Virus record (IMG/VR): IMGVR_UViG_3300045988_129873
Span: 1-28,944 of that record
DNA: 28,944 nt
Reading direction: 5' to 3' (one strand)
Source: a virus
Lineage: Duplodnaviria; Heunggongvirae; Uroviricota; Caudoviricetes
Part shown: piece after piece, positions 1 through 7,297 of the stretch
Position numbering within the stretch: the first letter of the stretch is position 1
How the letters are laid out: each line of letters opens with the position of its first letter
Made by a program: the position numbers and the translations under genes
The notes under the pieces: generated by a model
Database searches by the model: none
What the model was told of the DNA's origin: nothing
The model's input: the letters and a program-made list of their open reading frames with translations, nothing else

Positions 1-279
1 AAAAAATGATGCAGCCCATTTCTGTGTTACTCAGGGCAAAAAAATGCAGATAGTTGACCTGAAGACAGAAGGTGCAGGATTACATGGCGTCGCTCGTCTG
101 ACATTCAAATGTGGAGAGTGAGAATATTTTTTGGTAAGCGTCAAACATGCGCGTTCTGGTTGTGCTTAGCCGGAACCTGTGCGAGCACGATGCCGTTACG
201 TGAAAGGCATCGTGCTATGAAGGGAGATTCTATCGATGTGGTCAATGGAAGACGGTGACCAGGGATAGGGCTTATGCAT

Positions 280-306
280 AAAAAATAAGCCCGTGTAAGG
301 GAGATT
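280..306. other. attL: Attachment site core (attL-type junction) next to int
   Basis: The 27-nt string aaaaaataagcccgtgtaagggagatt matches my recollection of the P2 att core. It lies 80 bp beyond the int stop, as expected for the int-proximal prophage junction. Confidence 0.6.
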
Positions 307-385
307 TAGGGTGTCACCAGTAGGGGCTTTCAACGGTACAATGCGGGTTTGAGCGGCATAAATTACCACTGAAAGCCCTTAAACG

Positions 386-1399
386 TTACTCTACTGTGGA
401 CACTGTGTGGACACTCTCGGCTTCAGTACCACCTCTTAGCGGATTAAGAGAAATGGCGTCCTGAAGGTACTCTGGCGCAAAATGAGCGTAAACCATAGTT
501 TGCTCAATCCGCGTGTGACCTAGTATCCGTTGTAGCGTGATAATACTTCCTCCATTAATCATGAAATGAGTGGCAAAGCTGTGCCTTAGTGCATGTGTGG
601 CTTGCCCCGTTGGCAAATCCGGTTTTATTGCTTTCATTGTTCGTCTGAAGCGAGGGTAATCAGCATCAGGGAATAAAAAACCTCGTTTGTTATCCGCGAT
701 CATTTTGGCAACAGCCTCTGAGATCGGGACGGTGCGTGGTTTGTTTGTTTTCGTTTTAACAAACGTGACGCGGTTATGGATGATATTTTCTGCTTTCAAA
801 CGAGCTGCTTCTCCCCAACGTGCTCCTGTACTCAGGCAAAGAATCGCAATCTTTTTGTTGTCGCCGTCAAGTGCTGCAAGCAGTAAGGCAATTTCTTCCT
901 GTGTGAGATAGCCTGTTTCTGGTTTTTCCTCCTTAAGCCTCTTTGTCCCTCTGATAGGGTGCTCACCAAAGAATAACTCCGCTTCAATCAGGGCTGTAAA
1001 CATGCCGCTAATACATGTTAAATCACGATTGATACTCGAAGGTTTAATACCCTGACTTCTTCGGGTGGCGCAGTACTGGCTGATAAGGGATTTCGTGATT
1101 TGAAATGCGCATGGGTCATTCGTTATTTTTGTGAAGATTTCAATTTTTCCAAGATTAGATTTCCCATGCTCTTCGTGTTTACCCTTTAAATCCCACCAGA
1201 TCTGTGTCAGTTCCGACAGACGTCGTTTGTCTGTTGGTTTTGATAGCCATTCTTTATTGTGGTGGTTGTACAACGTGTATTTTTCGAAAGCGACAGCTTC
1301 GCTTTTCTTATCAAACTTCCTACGGATGCGTTTTCCGTTACGTCCAGTAGGGCGGATGTCCACTTCATATCGACCATCATCGAGTTTTTTGATTGCCAT
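386..1399 (-). CDS. int: Tyrosine recombinase / phage integrase (P2 Int-like, 337 aa)
   Basis: The ORF-track entry begins at a TTG. I trimmed it to the ATG at 1399, which is preceded by a GGAGGG SD. The C-terminal HxLRHxxA and catalytic-Tyr region (ATHALRHSFATHF...TMVYAHF) is typical of tyrosine integrases. Position next to att and the C repressor. Confidence 0.93.
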   Translation of the reverse strand: MAIKKLDDGRYEVDIRPTGRNGKRIRRKFDKKSEAVAFEKYTLYNHHNKEWLSKPTDKRRLSELTQIWWDLKGKHEEHGKSNLGKIEIFTKITNDPCAFQITKSLISQYCATRRSQGIKPSSINRDLTCISGMFTALIEAELFFGEHPIRGTKRLKEEKPETGYLTQEEIALLLAALDGDNKKIAILCLSTGARWGEAARLKAENIIHNRVTFVKTKTNKPRTVPISEAVAKMIADNKRGFLFPDADYPRFRRTMKAIKPDLPTGQATHALRHSFATHFMINGGSIITLQRILGHTRIEQTMVYAHFAPEYLQDAISLNPLRGGTEAESVHTVSTVE

Positions 1400-1514
1400 C
1401 AGAAAACCCTCCAAGTGGTACTTTTTTTTGCTACTACTAATCGCTTTTTTCGTGGTGGCTGAAATTTAGCCACCAATAGTAGGCACTTGTGATGAATATA
1501 TTCACGATAAATTG

Positions 1515-1814
1515 TTAACCAGTCTTTTGACCGGAGTGGGGCGACGTTGTTTCGTTTTGCCCAAAGTGTGCGAGAGCGGGCGCAATTTGCCCGGCTTCTG
1601 GAGCTACCTGATCAGTCATGAACCACAAAGTATATTTAGTAAATCTGGGATGTTGTAAGACCTTCATTATGGCTTCAACTCCAGCGTTTTTTGACCGGCT
1701 CTCATAGCTCGAAAGTGAGCTGTAGGCTACACCAGTTAATTCACTGAATTCTTTACGGTTTAACCTTTCAGATTCACGGATTAGCTTCAACTTCTCCGAA
1801 ACGTCTATTGACAT
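1515..1814 (-). CDS. C: Immunity repressor C (P2 C-like, 99 aa, HTH)
   Basis: ATG at 1814 with a GGAG SD. Helix-turn-helix segment LNRKEFSELTGVAYSSLSSYE. Divergent from cox. Length equals P2 C. Confidence 0.88.
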   Translation of the reverse strand: MSIDVSEKLKLIRESERLNRKEFSELTGVAYSSLSSYESRSKNAGVEAIMKVLQHPRFTKYTLWFMTDQVAPEAGQIAPALAHFGQNETTSPHSGQKTG

Positions 1815-1891
1815 AATTACTCCGATTGCGTAATTTATTGCTGATAGTGTGAAATGTTGTGCTTCTGGAGTTATCCTTTTAGGCAATAATT

Positions 1892-1910
1892 AGCCATTAG
1901 GAGCCATTAG
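1892..1910. promoter_or_regulatory. Candidate operator: two direct repeats agccattag with 10-bp periodicity in the Pe/Pc switch region between C and cox
   Basis: Direct repeat seen at 1892..1900 and 1902..1910, 26-44 bp upstream of the cox ATG. P2-type C repressors bind direct repeats at the early promoter (established knowledge). Exact promoter elements not resolved. Confidence 0.4.
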
Positions 1911-1935
1911 AAGCACTAAGGGAGAATCGTAGCAG

Positions 1936-2211
1936 ATGAATAGACAGCTTGTAAGCGTGACTGATGCCGTGCCTTATCAGGAGTTTGCAAAACTCATTGG
2001 TAAAACTCCAAGAGCTGTAAGGGGCATGATTGAGAAAGGGAAATTACCAGTTATTGAGATTACTGACCCTCAGTCAGCTTCAGGTCGTGCAGGTGAATAT
2101 TGGGTATACCTTCCGGCATGGAATAACGGACTAAAACTGGCTTATGAAAGCCGCCCTAAAGAGATTCGTGACGGCTGGTTGATGTGGTTAGGTCTCGGTG
2201 AACCACGTTAA
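1936..2211 (+). CDS. cox: Cox (excisionase / early-promoter regulator), 91 aa
   Basis: 91 aa, same length as P2 Cox. Conserved PVIEITDPQSASGRAGEYWVYLPAWNNGLKLAYESRPKEIRDGWLMWLGLGEPR C-terminal part. First gene of the rightward early operon. Confidence 0.92.
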   Translation: MNRQLVSVTDAVPYQEFAKLIGKTPRAVRGMIEKGKLPVIEITDPQSASGRAGEYWVYLPAWNNGLKLAYESRPKEIRDGWLMWLGLGEPR

Positions 2212-2221
2212 GGAGAACCGT

Positions 2222-2392
2222 ATGAATGAGCCTCGTTGTATTGCTCAGTTACTGCGTAACGAAAGCCCCAGGGCGATTGACTTCACCATCACCCACGGTA
2301 AGGGGCGTAAGGGAATCATTATCCGCACCAAAAAACAGAGTCCGTTAAAAAAGGCTCTGACCTTTCTGAAAAGCCGGAGGGTATGGAAATGA
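2222..2392 (+). CDS. Hypothetical early protein (P2 orf78-like position)
   Basis: ATG at 2222 is preceded by AGGAGA at 5-nt spacing. The ORF-track version starts at an upstream GTG. Overlaps the B start by 4 nt (translational coupling). Confidence 0.6.
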   Translation: MNEPRCIAQLLRNESPRAIDFTITHGKGRKGIIIRTKKQSPLKKALTFLKSRRVWK

Positions 2393-2889
2393 CAGTGATG
2401 ACGCTCAATCTCGTTGAAAAACAGCCAGCAGCTATGCGCCGGATAATTGGCAAGCATCTTGCCGTCCCTCGCTGGCAGGATACATGTGATTATTTTAATC
2501 AGATGATGGAGCGCGAACGGCTAACGGTTTGCTTTCATGCACAGTTAAAACAGCGTCACGCAACGATGCGTTTTGAAGAAATGAACGACGTCGAACGTGA
2601 ACGGCTGGTTTGTGCAATTGATGAATTGCGTGGGGCATTCTCAAAACGCCGTCAGGTCGGTGCAAGTGAGTATGCATATATTAGTTTTTTAACAGTCAGC
2701 CAGCGACGTACTTTATTTATGCACGCACGACTGACAGAAAAAGAATTCAACCAGCCGTACTGGCGAATTAATGAAGAATCATGTTACTGGCGTGATGCTT
2801 TATTCCGTGCATTACGTGAATTATTCAGTCTGTTTGAGTATGCACCGACAATTCTGACATCGGTAAAACCAGAGCAATATCTGCATTAA
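2389..2889 (+). CDS. B: Replication protein B (P2 gpB-like, 166 aa)
   Basis: ATG at 2389 has GGAGG 8 nt upstream. 166 aa, same as P2 B. Position between cox and A. Confidence 0.8.
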   Translation: MTVMTLNLVEKQPAAMRRIIGKHLAVPRWQDTCDYFNQMMERERLTVCFHAQLKQRHATMRFEEMNDVERERLVCAIDELRGAFSKRRQVGASEYAYISFLTVSQRRTLFMHARLTEKEFNQPYWRINEESCYWRDALFRALRELFSLFEYAPTILTSVKPEQYLH

Positions 2890-2951
2890 GTAATTAACCA
2901 GAGTTTTTAACGCACTTAATTGTGCGGGGCTTCTTTTGCCTGGAGAAAGTC

Positions 2952-3176
2952 ATGCATACAGTTTCTGAAAATCAGTGCGGTAAATACGCATTACTGCTGC
3001 AACAGGCCAGAACCGAAGCACAGGCCGATGCAGCGACGCGCTTTTCTTCTCATCTTGACGCCATGATTCGCCACATCACAAAGGCGGAATTATCCCGCGT
3101 GGAGATAGTCGAGCTGCTCAGTCAGGAGTCGGAAAAATTTCACAATATCGGATTGTCTCGCGGGGAGGTGCTTTGA
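2952..3176 (+). CDS. Hypothetical early protein (P2 orf80 position)
   Basis: ATG at 2952 with a GGAG SD. Small early-operon ORF. Confidence 0.55.
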   Translation: MHTVSENQCGKYALLLQQARTEAQADAATRFSSHLDAMIRHITKAELSRVEIVELLSQESEKFHNIGLSRGEVL

Positions 3177-3478
3177 TGTCCTGTTCTCGTTCAGTTGTAT
3201 TACTGAATAACGCCTTAAAAATCGCCGTTATGAAAAATGGCGATTTATCTCTTATTCAACTTGGTCTTGATAAAGAAAAACGCGAAATAACTGAGTCTGT
3301 TATCGCGATTTATCAGAACGAATTAAATCTCCTGTCTGATGTGGTCAATTTACTTGTTAAACGCGCTGTATTTCACAAGCAAATCTCCTCCGTGGATGAA
3401 CTGACGAAATTAACGACAGAAATTGCCAGCTATTGCGCTGATGAATTTAAAAAACTTAACGACAAAAGGAGCTGGTAA
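3176..3478 (+). CDS. Hypothetical early protein (P2 orf81 position)
   Basis: ATG at 3176 overlaps the previous stop (TGATG) and is preceded by GGAGG. Confidence 0.55.
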   Translation: MSCSRSVVLLNNALKIAVMKNGDLSLIQLGLDKEKREITESVIAIYQNELNLLSDVVNLLVKRAVFHKQISSVDELTKLTTEIASYCADEFKKLNDKRSW

Positions 3479-3702
3479 TGCCGGACAACGTAGATTTTAT
3501 TCAGGAACAACAGGCTGAATTACTGGAGCGTCAGATTAACGCGGCAAGGGTAAAACATTGCGGTGCTTCTGCGCTGATTTGCGAAGAGTGTGACGCGCCA
3601 ATACCTGCTGCCCGTCGTGCGGCTTATCCGTCAGCCACGCGTTGTGTTTCCTGCCAGTCAGTCTTTGAAGCAAAAAACAAACATTACCGGAGAACGGCAT
3701 GA
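3478..3702 (+). CDS. TraR/DksA-family C4 zinc-finger protein (P2 orf82 position)
   Basis: 74 aa with CxxC...CxxC (CEECDAPIP...CVSCQ). AAAGGA SD 7 nt upstream. Confidence 0.75.
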   Translation: MPDNVDFIQEQQAELLERQINAARVKHCGASALICEECDAPIPAARRAAYPSATRCVSCQSVFEAKNKHYRRTA

Positions 3703-3974
3703 GTATTCGTATTGAAATTGGCGAACGTTATGTCGTTACCAGTGACAGCTTTCAGTTTATTCTCCACGAGAAAAAGAGAGCGGAAAGCGGTAAAAACGCC
3801 GGTCAGGAATGGCTGGCGGTGGTTGGTTATTATCCGAAATTAAGCCAGCTCGTTTCCGGCCTGATGCATCACGATATTCTGACCGGAAGCGCAAAGTCTT
3901 TTGCTGATTTAAACGCGCAGGTTGAGCAACTCAGCAAGCGTTGTTCAGAGGCTTTTGGCTCATATGGCCGTTAA
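3699..3974 (+). CDS. Hypothetical early protein (P2 orf83 position)
   Basis: ATG at 3699 with a GGAGA SD. Overlaps the A start by 11 nt. Confidence 0.55.
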   Translation: MSIRIEIGERYVVTSDSFQFILHEKKRAESGKNAGQEWLAVVGYYPKLSQLVSGLMHHDILTGSAKSFADLNAQVEQLSKRCSEAFGSYGR

Positions 3975-6240
3975 AGCCTCCGGGCGTTTTGTCCCTCCGT
4001 CAGCATTTGCTGCAGGCACCGGTAAGGCGTTTACCGGTGCTTATGCATGGAACGCGCCACGCGAGGCTGTCGGGCGCGAAAGACCCCTTACACGTGACGA
4101 GATGCGTCAGGTGCAAGGTGTTTTATCCACGATTAACCGCCTGCCTTACTTTTTGCGCTCGCTGTTTACGTCACGCTATGACTACATCCGGCGCAATAAA
4201 AGCCCGGTGCACGGGTTTTATTTCCTCACATCCACTTTTCAGCGTCGTTTATGGCCGCGCATTGAGCGTGTGAATCAGCGCCATGAAATGAACACCGACG
4301 CGTCGATGCTGTTTCTGGCTGAGCGTGACCACTATGCGCGCCTGCCGGGAATGAATGACAAGGAGCTGAAAAAGTTTGCCGCCCGTATCTCATCGCAGCT
4401 TTTCATGATGTATGAGGAACTCAGCGATGCCTGGGTGGATGCGCATGGCGAAAAAGAATCGCTGTTTACGGATGAGGCGCAGGCTCACCTCTATGGTCAT
4501 GTTGCTGGCGCTGCACGTGCTTTCAATATTTCCCCTCTCTACTGGAAAAAATACCGTAAAGGACAGATGACCACGAGGCAGGCATATTCTGCCATTGCCC
4601 GTCTGTTTAACGATGAGTGGTGGATTAGTCAGCTTAAAGGCCAGCGTATGCGCTGGCATGAGGCGTTACTGATTGCTGTCGGGGAGGTCAATAAAGACCG
4701 TTCTCCTTATGCCAGTAAACATGCCATTCGTGATGTGCGTGCACGCCGCCAGGCAAATCTGGAATTTCTTAAATCGTGTGATCTCGAAAACAGGGAAACA
4801 GGCGAGCGCATCGACCTTATCAGTAAGGTGATGGGCAGTATTTCTAATCCTGAAATTCGCCGGATGGAACTGATGAACACCATTGCCGGTATTGAGCGTT
4901 ACGCCGCCGCAGAAGGTGATGTGGGGATGTTTATCACGCTGACCGCGCCGTCAAAGTATCACCCGACACGTCAGGTTGGAAAAGGCGAAAGTAAAACCGT
5001 CCAGCTAAATCACGGCTGGAACGATGAGGCATTTAATCCAAAGGATGCGCAGCGTTATCTCTGCCGTATCTGGAGCCTGATGCGCACGGCATTCAAGGAT
5101 AATGATTTACAGGTCTACGGTTTGCGAGTCGTCGAGCCACACCACGACGGAACGCCGCACTGGCATATGATGCTTTTTTGTAATCCACGCCAGCGTAACC
5201 AGATTATCGAAATCATGCGTCGCTACGCGCTCAAAGAGGATGGCGACGAAAGAGGAGCTGCGCGAAACCGTTTTCAGGCAAAACATCTTAATCGGGGCGG
5301 TGCTGCGGGGTATATCGCGAAATACATCTCAAAAAATATCGACGGCTATGCACTGGATGGGCAGCTCGATAACGATAGCGGCAGACCGCTGAAAGATACT
5401 GCCGCGGCTGTTACCGCATGGGCGTCAACGTGGCGCATTCCGCAATTTAAAACGGTTGGCCTGCCGACAATGGGGGCTTACCGTGAACTACGCAAATTGC
5501 CTCGCGGCGTCAGCATTGCTGATGAGTTTGACGAGCGCGTCGAGGCTGCACGCGCCGCCGCAGACAGTGGTGATTTTGCGCTGTATATCAGCGCGCAGGG
5601 TGGGGCAAATGTCCCGCGCGATTGTCAGACTGTCAGGGTCGCCCGTAGTCCGTCGGATGAAGTTAACGAGTACGAGGAAGAAGTCGAGAGAGTGGTCGGC
5701 ATTTACGCGCCGCATCTCGGCGCGCGTCATATTCATATCACCAGAACGACGGACTGGCGCATTGTTCCGAAAGTGCCGGTCGTTGAGCCTTTGACTTTAA
5801 AAAGCGGCATCGCCGCGCCTCGGAGTCCTGTCAATAACTGTGGAAAGCTCACCGGTGGTGATACTTCGTTACCGGCTCCCACACCTTCTGAGCACGCCGC
5901 AGCAGTGCTTAATCTGGTTGATGACGGTGTTATCGAATGGAATGAGCCGGAGGTCGTGAAGGCGCTCAGGGGCGCATTAAAACACGGGCTGGGAACGCCA
6001 AATCGTCAGCAAAGAAACGGAAGCCCGTTAAAACCGCATGAAATTGCACCATCGGCCAGACTGACCCGGCCGGAACGATTGCAAATCACCCGTATCCGCG
6101 TTGACCTTGCTCAGAACGGTATCAGGCCGCAGCGATGGGAGCTTGAGGCGCTGGCGCGTGGGGCAACCGTAAATTATGACGGGAAAAAATTCACGTATCC
6201 GGTTGCTGATGAGTGGCCGGGGTTCTCGTTACCCATTTGA
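3964..6240 (+). CDS. A: Replication initiation endonuclease A (rolling-circle HUH nickase, P2 gpA-like)
   Basis: Trimmed to the ATG at 3964 (MAVKASGRF...); the track start is a TTG. Contains the HUH-type motif HWHMMLF and the tyrosine-pair region YIAKYISK characteristic of rolling-circle initiators. Confidence 0.92.
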   Translation: MAVKASGRFVPPSAFAAGTGKAFTGAYAWNAPREAVGRERPLTRDEMRQVQGVLSTINRLPYFLRSLFTSRYDYIRRNKSPVHGFYFLTSTFQRRLWPRIERVNQRHEMNTDASMLFLAERDHYARLPGMNDKELKKFAARISSQLFMMYEELSDAWVDAHGEKESLFTDEAQAHLYGHVAGAARAFNISPLYWKKYRKGQMTTRQAYSAIARLFNDEWWISQLKGQRMRWHEALLIAVGEVNKDRSPYASKHAIRDVRARRQANLEFLKSCDLENRETGERIDLISKVMGSISNPEIRRMELMNTIAGIERYAAAEGDVGMFITLTAPSKYHPTRQVGKGESKTVQLNHGWNDEAFNPKDAQRYLCRIWSLMRTAFKDNDLQVYGLRVVEPHHDGTPHWHMMLFCNPRQRNQIIEIMRRYALKEDGDERGAARNRFQAKHLNRGGAAGYIAKYISKNIDGYALDGQLDNDSGRPLKDTAAAVTAWASTWRIPQFKTVGLPTMGAYRELRKLPRGVSIADEFDERVEAARAAADSGDFALYISAQGGANVPRDCQTVRVARSPSDEVNEYEEEVERVVGIYAPHLGARHIHITRTTDWRIVPKVPVVEPLTLKSGIAAPRSPVNNCGKLTGGDTSLPAPTPSEHAAAVLNLVDDGVIEWNEPEVVKALRGALKHGLGTPNRQQRNGSPLKPHEIAPSARLTRPERLQITRIRVDLAQNGIRPQRWELEALARGATVNYDGKKFTYPVADEWPGFSLPI

Positions 6241-6500
6241 GTAAAAACACAACGTGATTTGATATGGCATTGAATGGCTTATGCGGAGCAGTTATGGGGC
6301 AGCAGAAGGTCAATAGCATGCTGAATTAGAAGGCTAAATGCTATTGAGTGACTAGCATGTCGGTAAGGACGGCCGTTTGATCCGGGTCATAAAAGGCCAT
6401 CCATTTAGTCTAATAAAATCATTGCGGGTAACCTTATGTCGACGCATAATTCATCTTGAGCGAAGTCTTGTCAGTCTTTCATCGTATTGATGATGGGCGC

Positions 6501-6531
6501 AAAAAAACCACCCTGGCAGGTGGTTTTTTTG
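6501..6531. terminator. Bidirectional rho-independent terminator (A-tract, 7-bp stem aaccacc/ggtggtt, 6-nt loop, T-tract)
   Basis: aaaaaaaccaccctggcaggtggttttttt read directly. Lies immediately 3' of the minus-strand small ORF and about 260 bp 3' of gene A. Confidence 0.7.
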
Positions 6532-6542
6532 TTTGAAGCATA

Positions 6543-6656
6543 TTAAAGCATAATGCTGACATTGATATTACTGACGTTTACTGACAAACCACTCGGACTA
6601 CCGTTTGGATAGCCAAAGAGGGCCAGAACGAGCATGCAGTAATAGCATTTCTTCAT
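6543..6656 (-). CDS. Candidate small hydrophobic peptide, 37 aa (MKKCYYCMLVLALFGYPNGSPSGLSVNVSNINVSIML)
   Basis: ATG at 6656 is preceded by a perfect AGGAGG SD at 4-nt spacing. The terminator at 6501..6531 follows directly after the stop. The longer 88-aa track ORF has no SD at its upstream starts. Confidence 0.4.
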   Translation of the reverse strand: MKKCYYCMLVLALFGYPNGSPSGLSVNVSNINVSIML

Positions 6657-6801
6657 ATTGCCTCCTGTAAGTAGAGGGCAACTTCCACCGGTATATGCGC
6701 TTCTTAGGTGGAATGACTTTTGAGCGAAGTCTTGCCCTGAAATAATGCTCTGTTTAAACGCAAAGTGATTTGGCATATCACCGAACAGAGAGCCGGAAAA
6801 A

Positions 6802-6849
6802 CACAACATATAGTATGTCGTTGTTTCTAGACATACATTCTATGTTGTG
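6802..6849. promoter_or_regulatory. Imperfect palindrome / hairpin (cacaacatatagtatgtc ... gacatacattctatgttgtg)
   Basis: 9-bp perfect outer arms plus inner 6-7 bp pairing around a 10-nt loop, upstream (minus-strand sense) of the small ORF. Confidence 0.4.
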
Positions 6850-7134
6850 TAACAAGGGCTTTGCATTAAACATGTTTGAGATTTTATTGATGTAGCTCAA
6901 AGTAAAAAACAGAGACTACGGTTGATAAGGTCTTGAAAGCAATGTAAATTTTTTAAAGTTGCCAATTGCTTAAAAATGTACAGTTGCGGTATGGCGTACT
7001 TAAAAAGCTATGCATGCAACAAGTGAATGTTTTTGCATGCGTTGGGGATGTCCGTTCAGGCTGCGTGCGGTCAGGACTGGTGCGGATCCATAGTATCTAT
7101 GCAACTGCATTAAAACCGCCCCGTGAAGCGGGCG

Positions 7135-7153
7135 GGCGAGGCGGGGAAAGCAC
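7135..7153. other. cos: cos site (19-nt cohesive end sequence ggcgaggcggggaaagcac)
   Basis: Matches the P2 cohesive-end sequence as I recall it. It is a GC-rich island in an otherwise AT-rich intergenic region, located between A and Q as expected for a prophage. Confidence 0.7.
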
Positions 7154-7297
7154 TGCGCGCAGCCCGTCAAGAATAAAAAACTCTCTTGCAGGTAGAAAAC
7201 ATTCTGTTAACATTTGTCTGGATGAAGTTTAAGTTAGAAATTTATGTTAATGAACTGATTGATACTTATGTTTTGTCAATAATTTAGGAATGTTAAG

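Larger units (their letters stand above)
6455..6734. repeat. Pair of 15-bp direct repeats ttgagcgaagtcttg (6455..6469 and 6720..6734) bracketing the small ORF and terminator
   Basis: Exact 15-mer found twice in the same orientation about 265 bp apart. A chance match of this length within about 1 kb is improbable. Confidence 0.7.

Noticed and set aside
1-279. tRNA gene or host CDS at the integration site
   Set aside because: No cloverleaf-like structure or ORF of 60 aa or more is visible. The region is probably host intergenic or gene 3' flank, but it cannot be assigned from sequence alone.
6543-6809. Long 88-aa version of the small minus-strand ORF
   Set aside because: Neither upstream in-frame start (6809 or 6776) has an SD, and the N-terminal extension overlaps the palindrome. 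Only the internal ATG at 6656 has a strong SD, so I report the 37-aa version, still at low confidence.
6966-7232. 88-aa ORF spanning the cos site
   Set aside because: It begins at a TTG, has no SD, and its translation is dominated by the GC-rich cos core (GGRGGES). It lies in a region expected to be non-coding.
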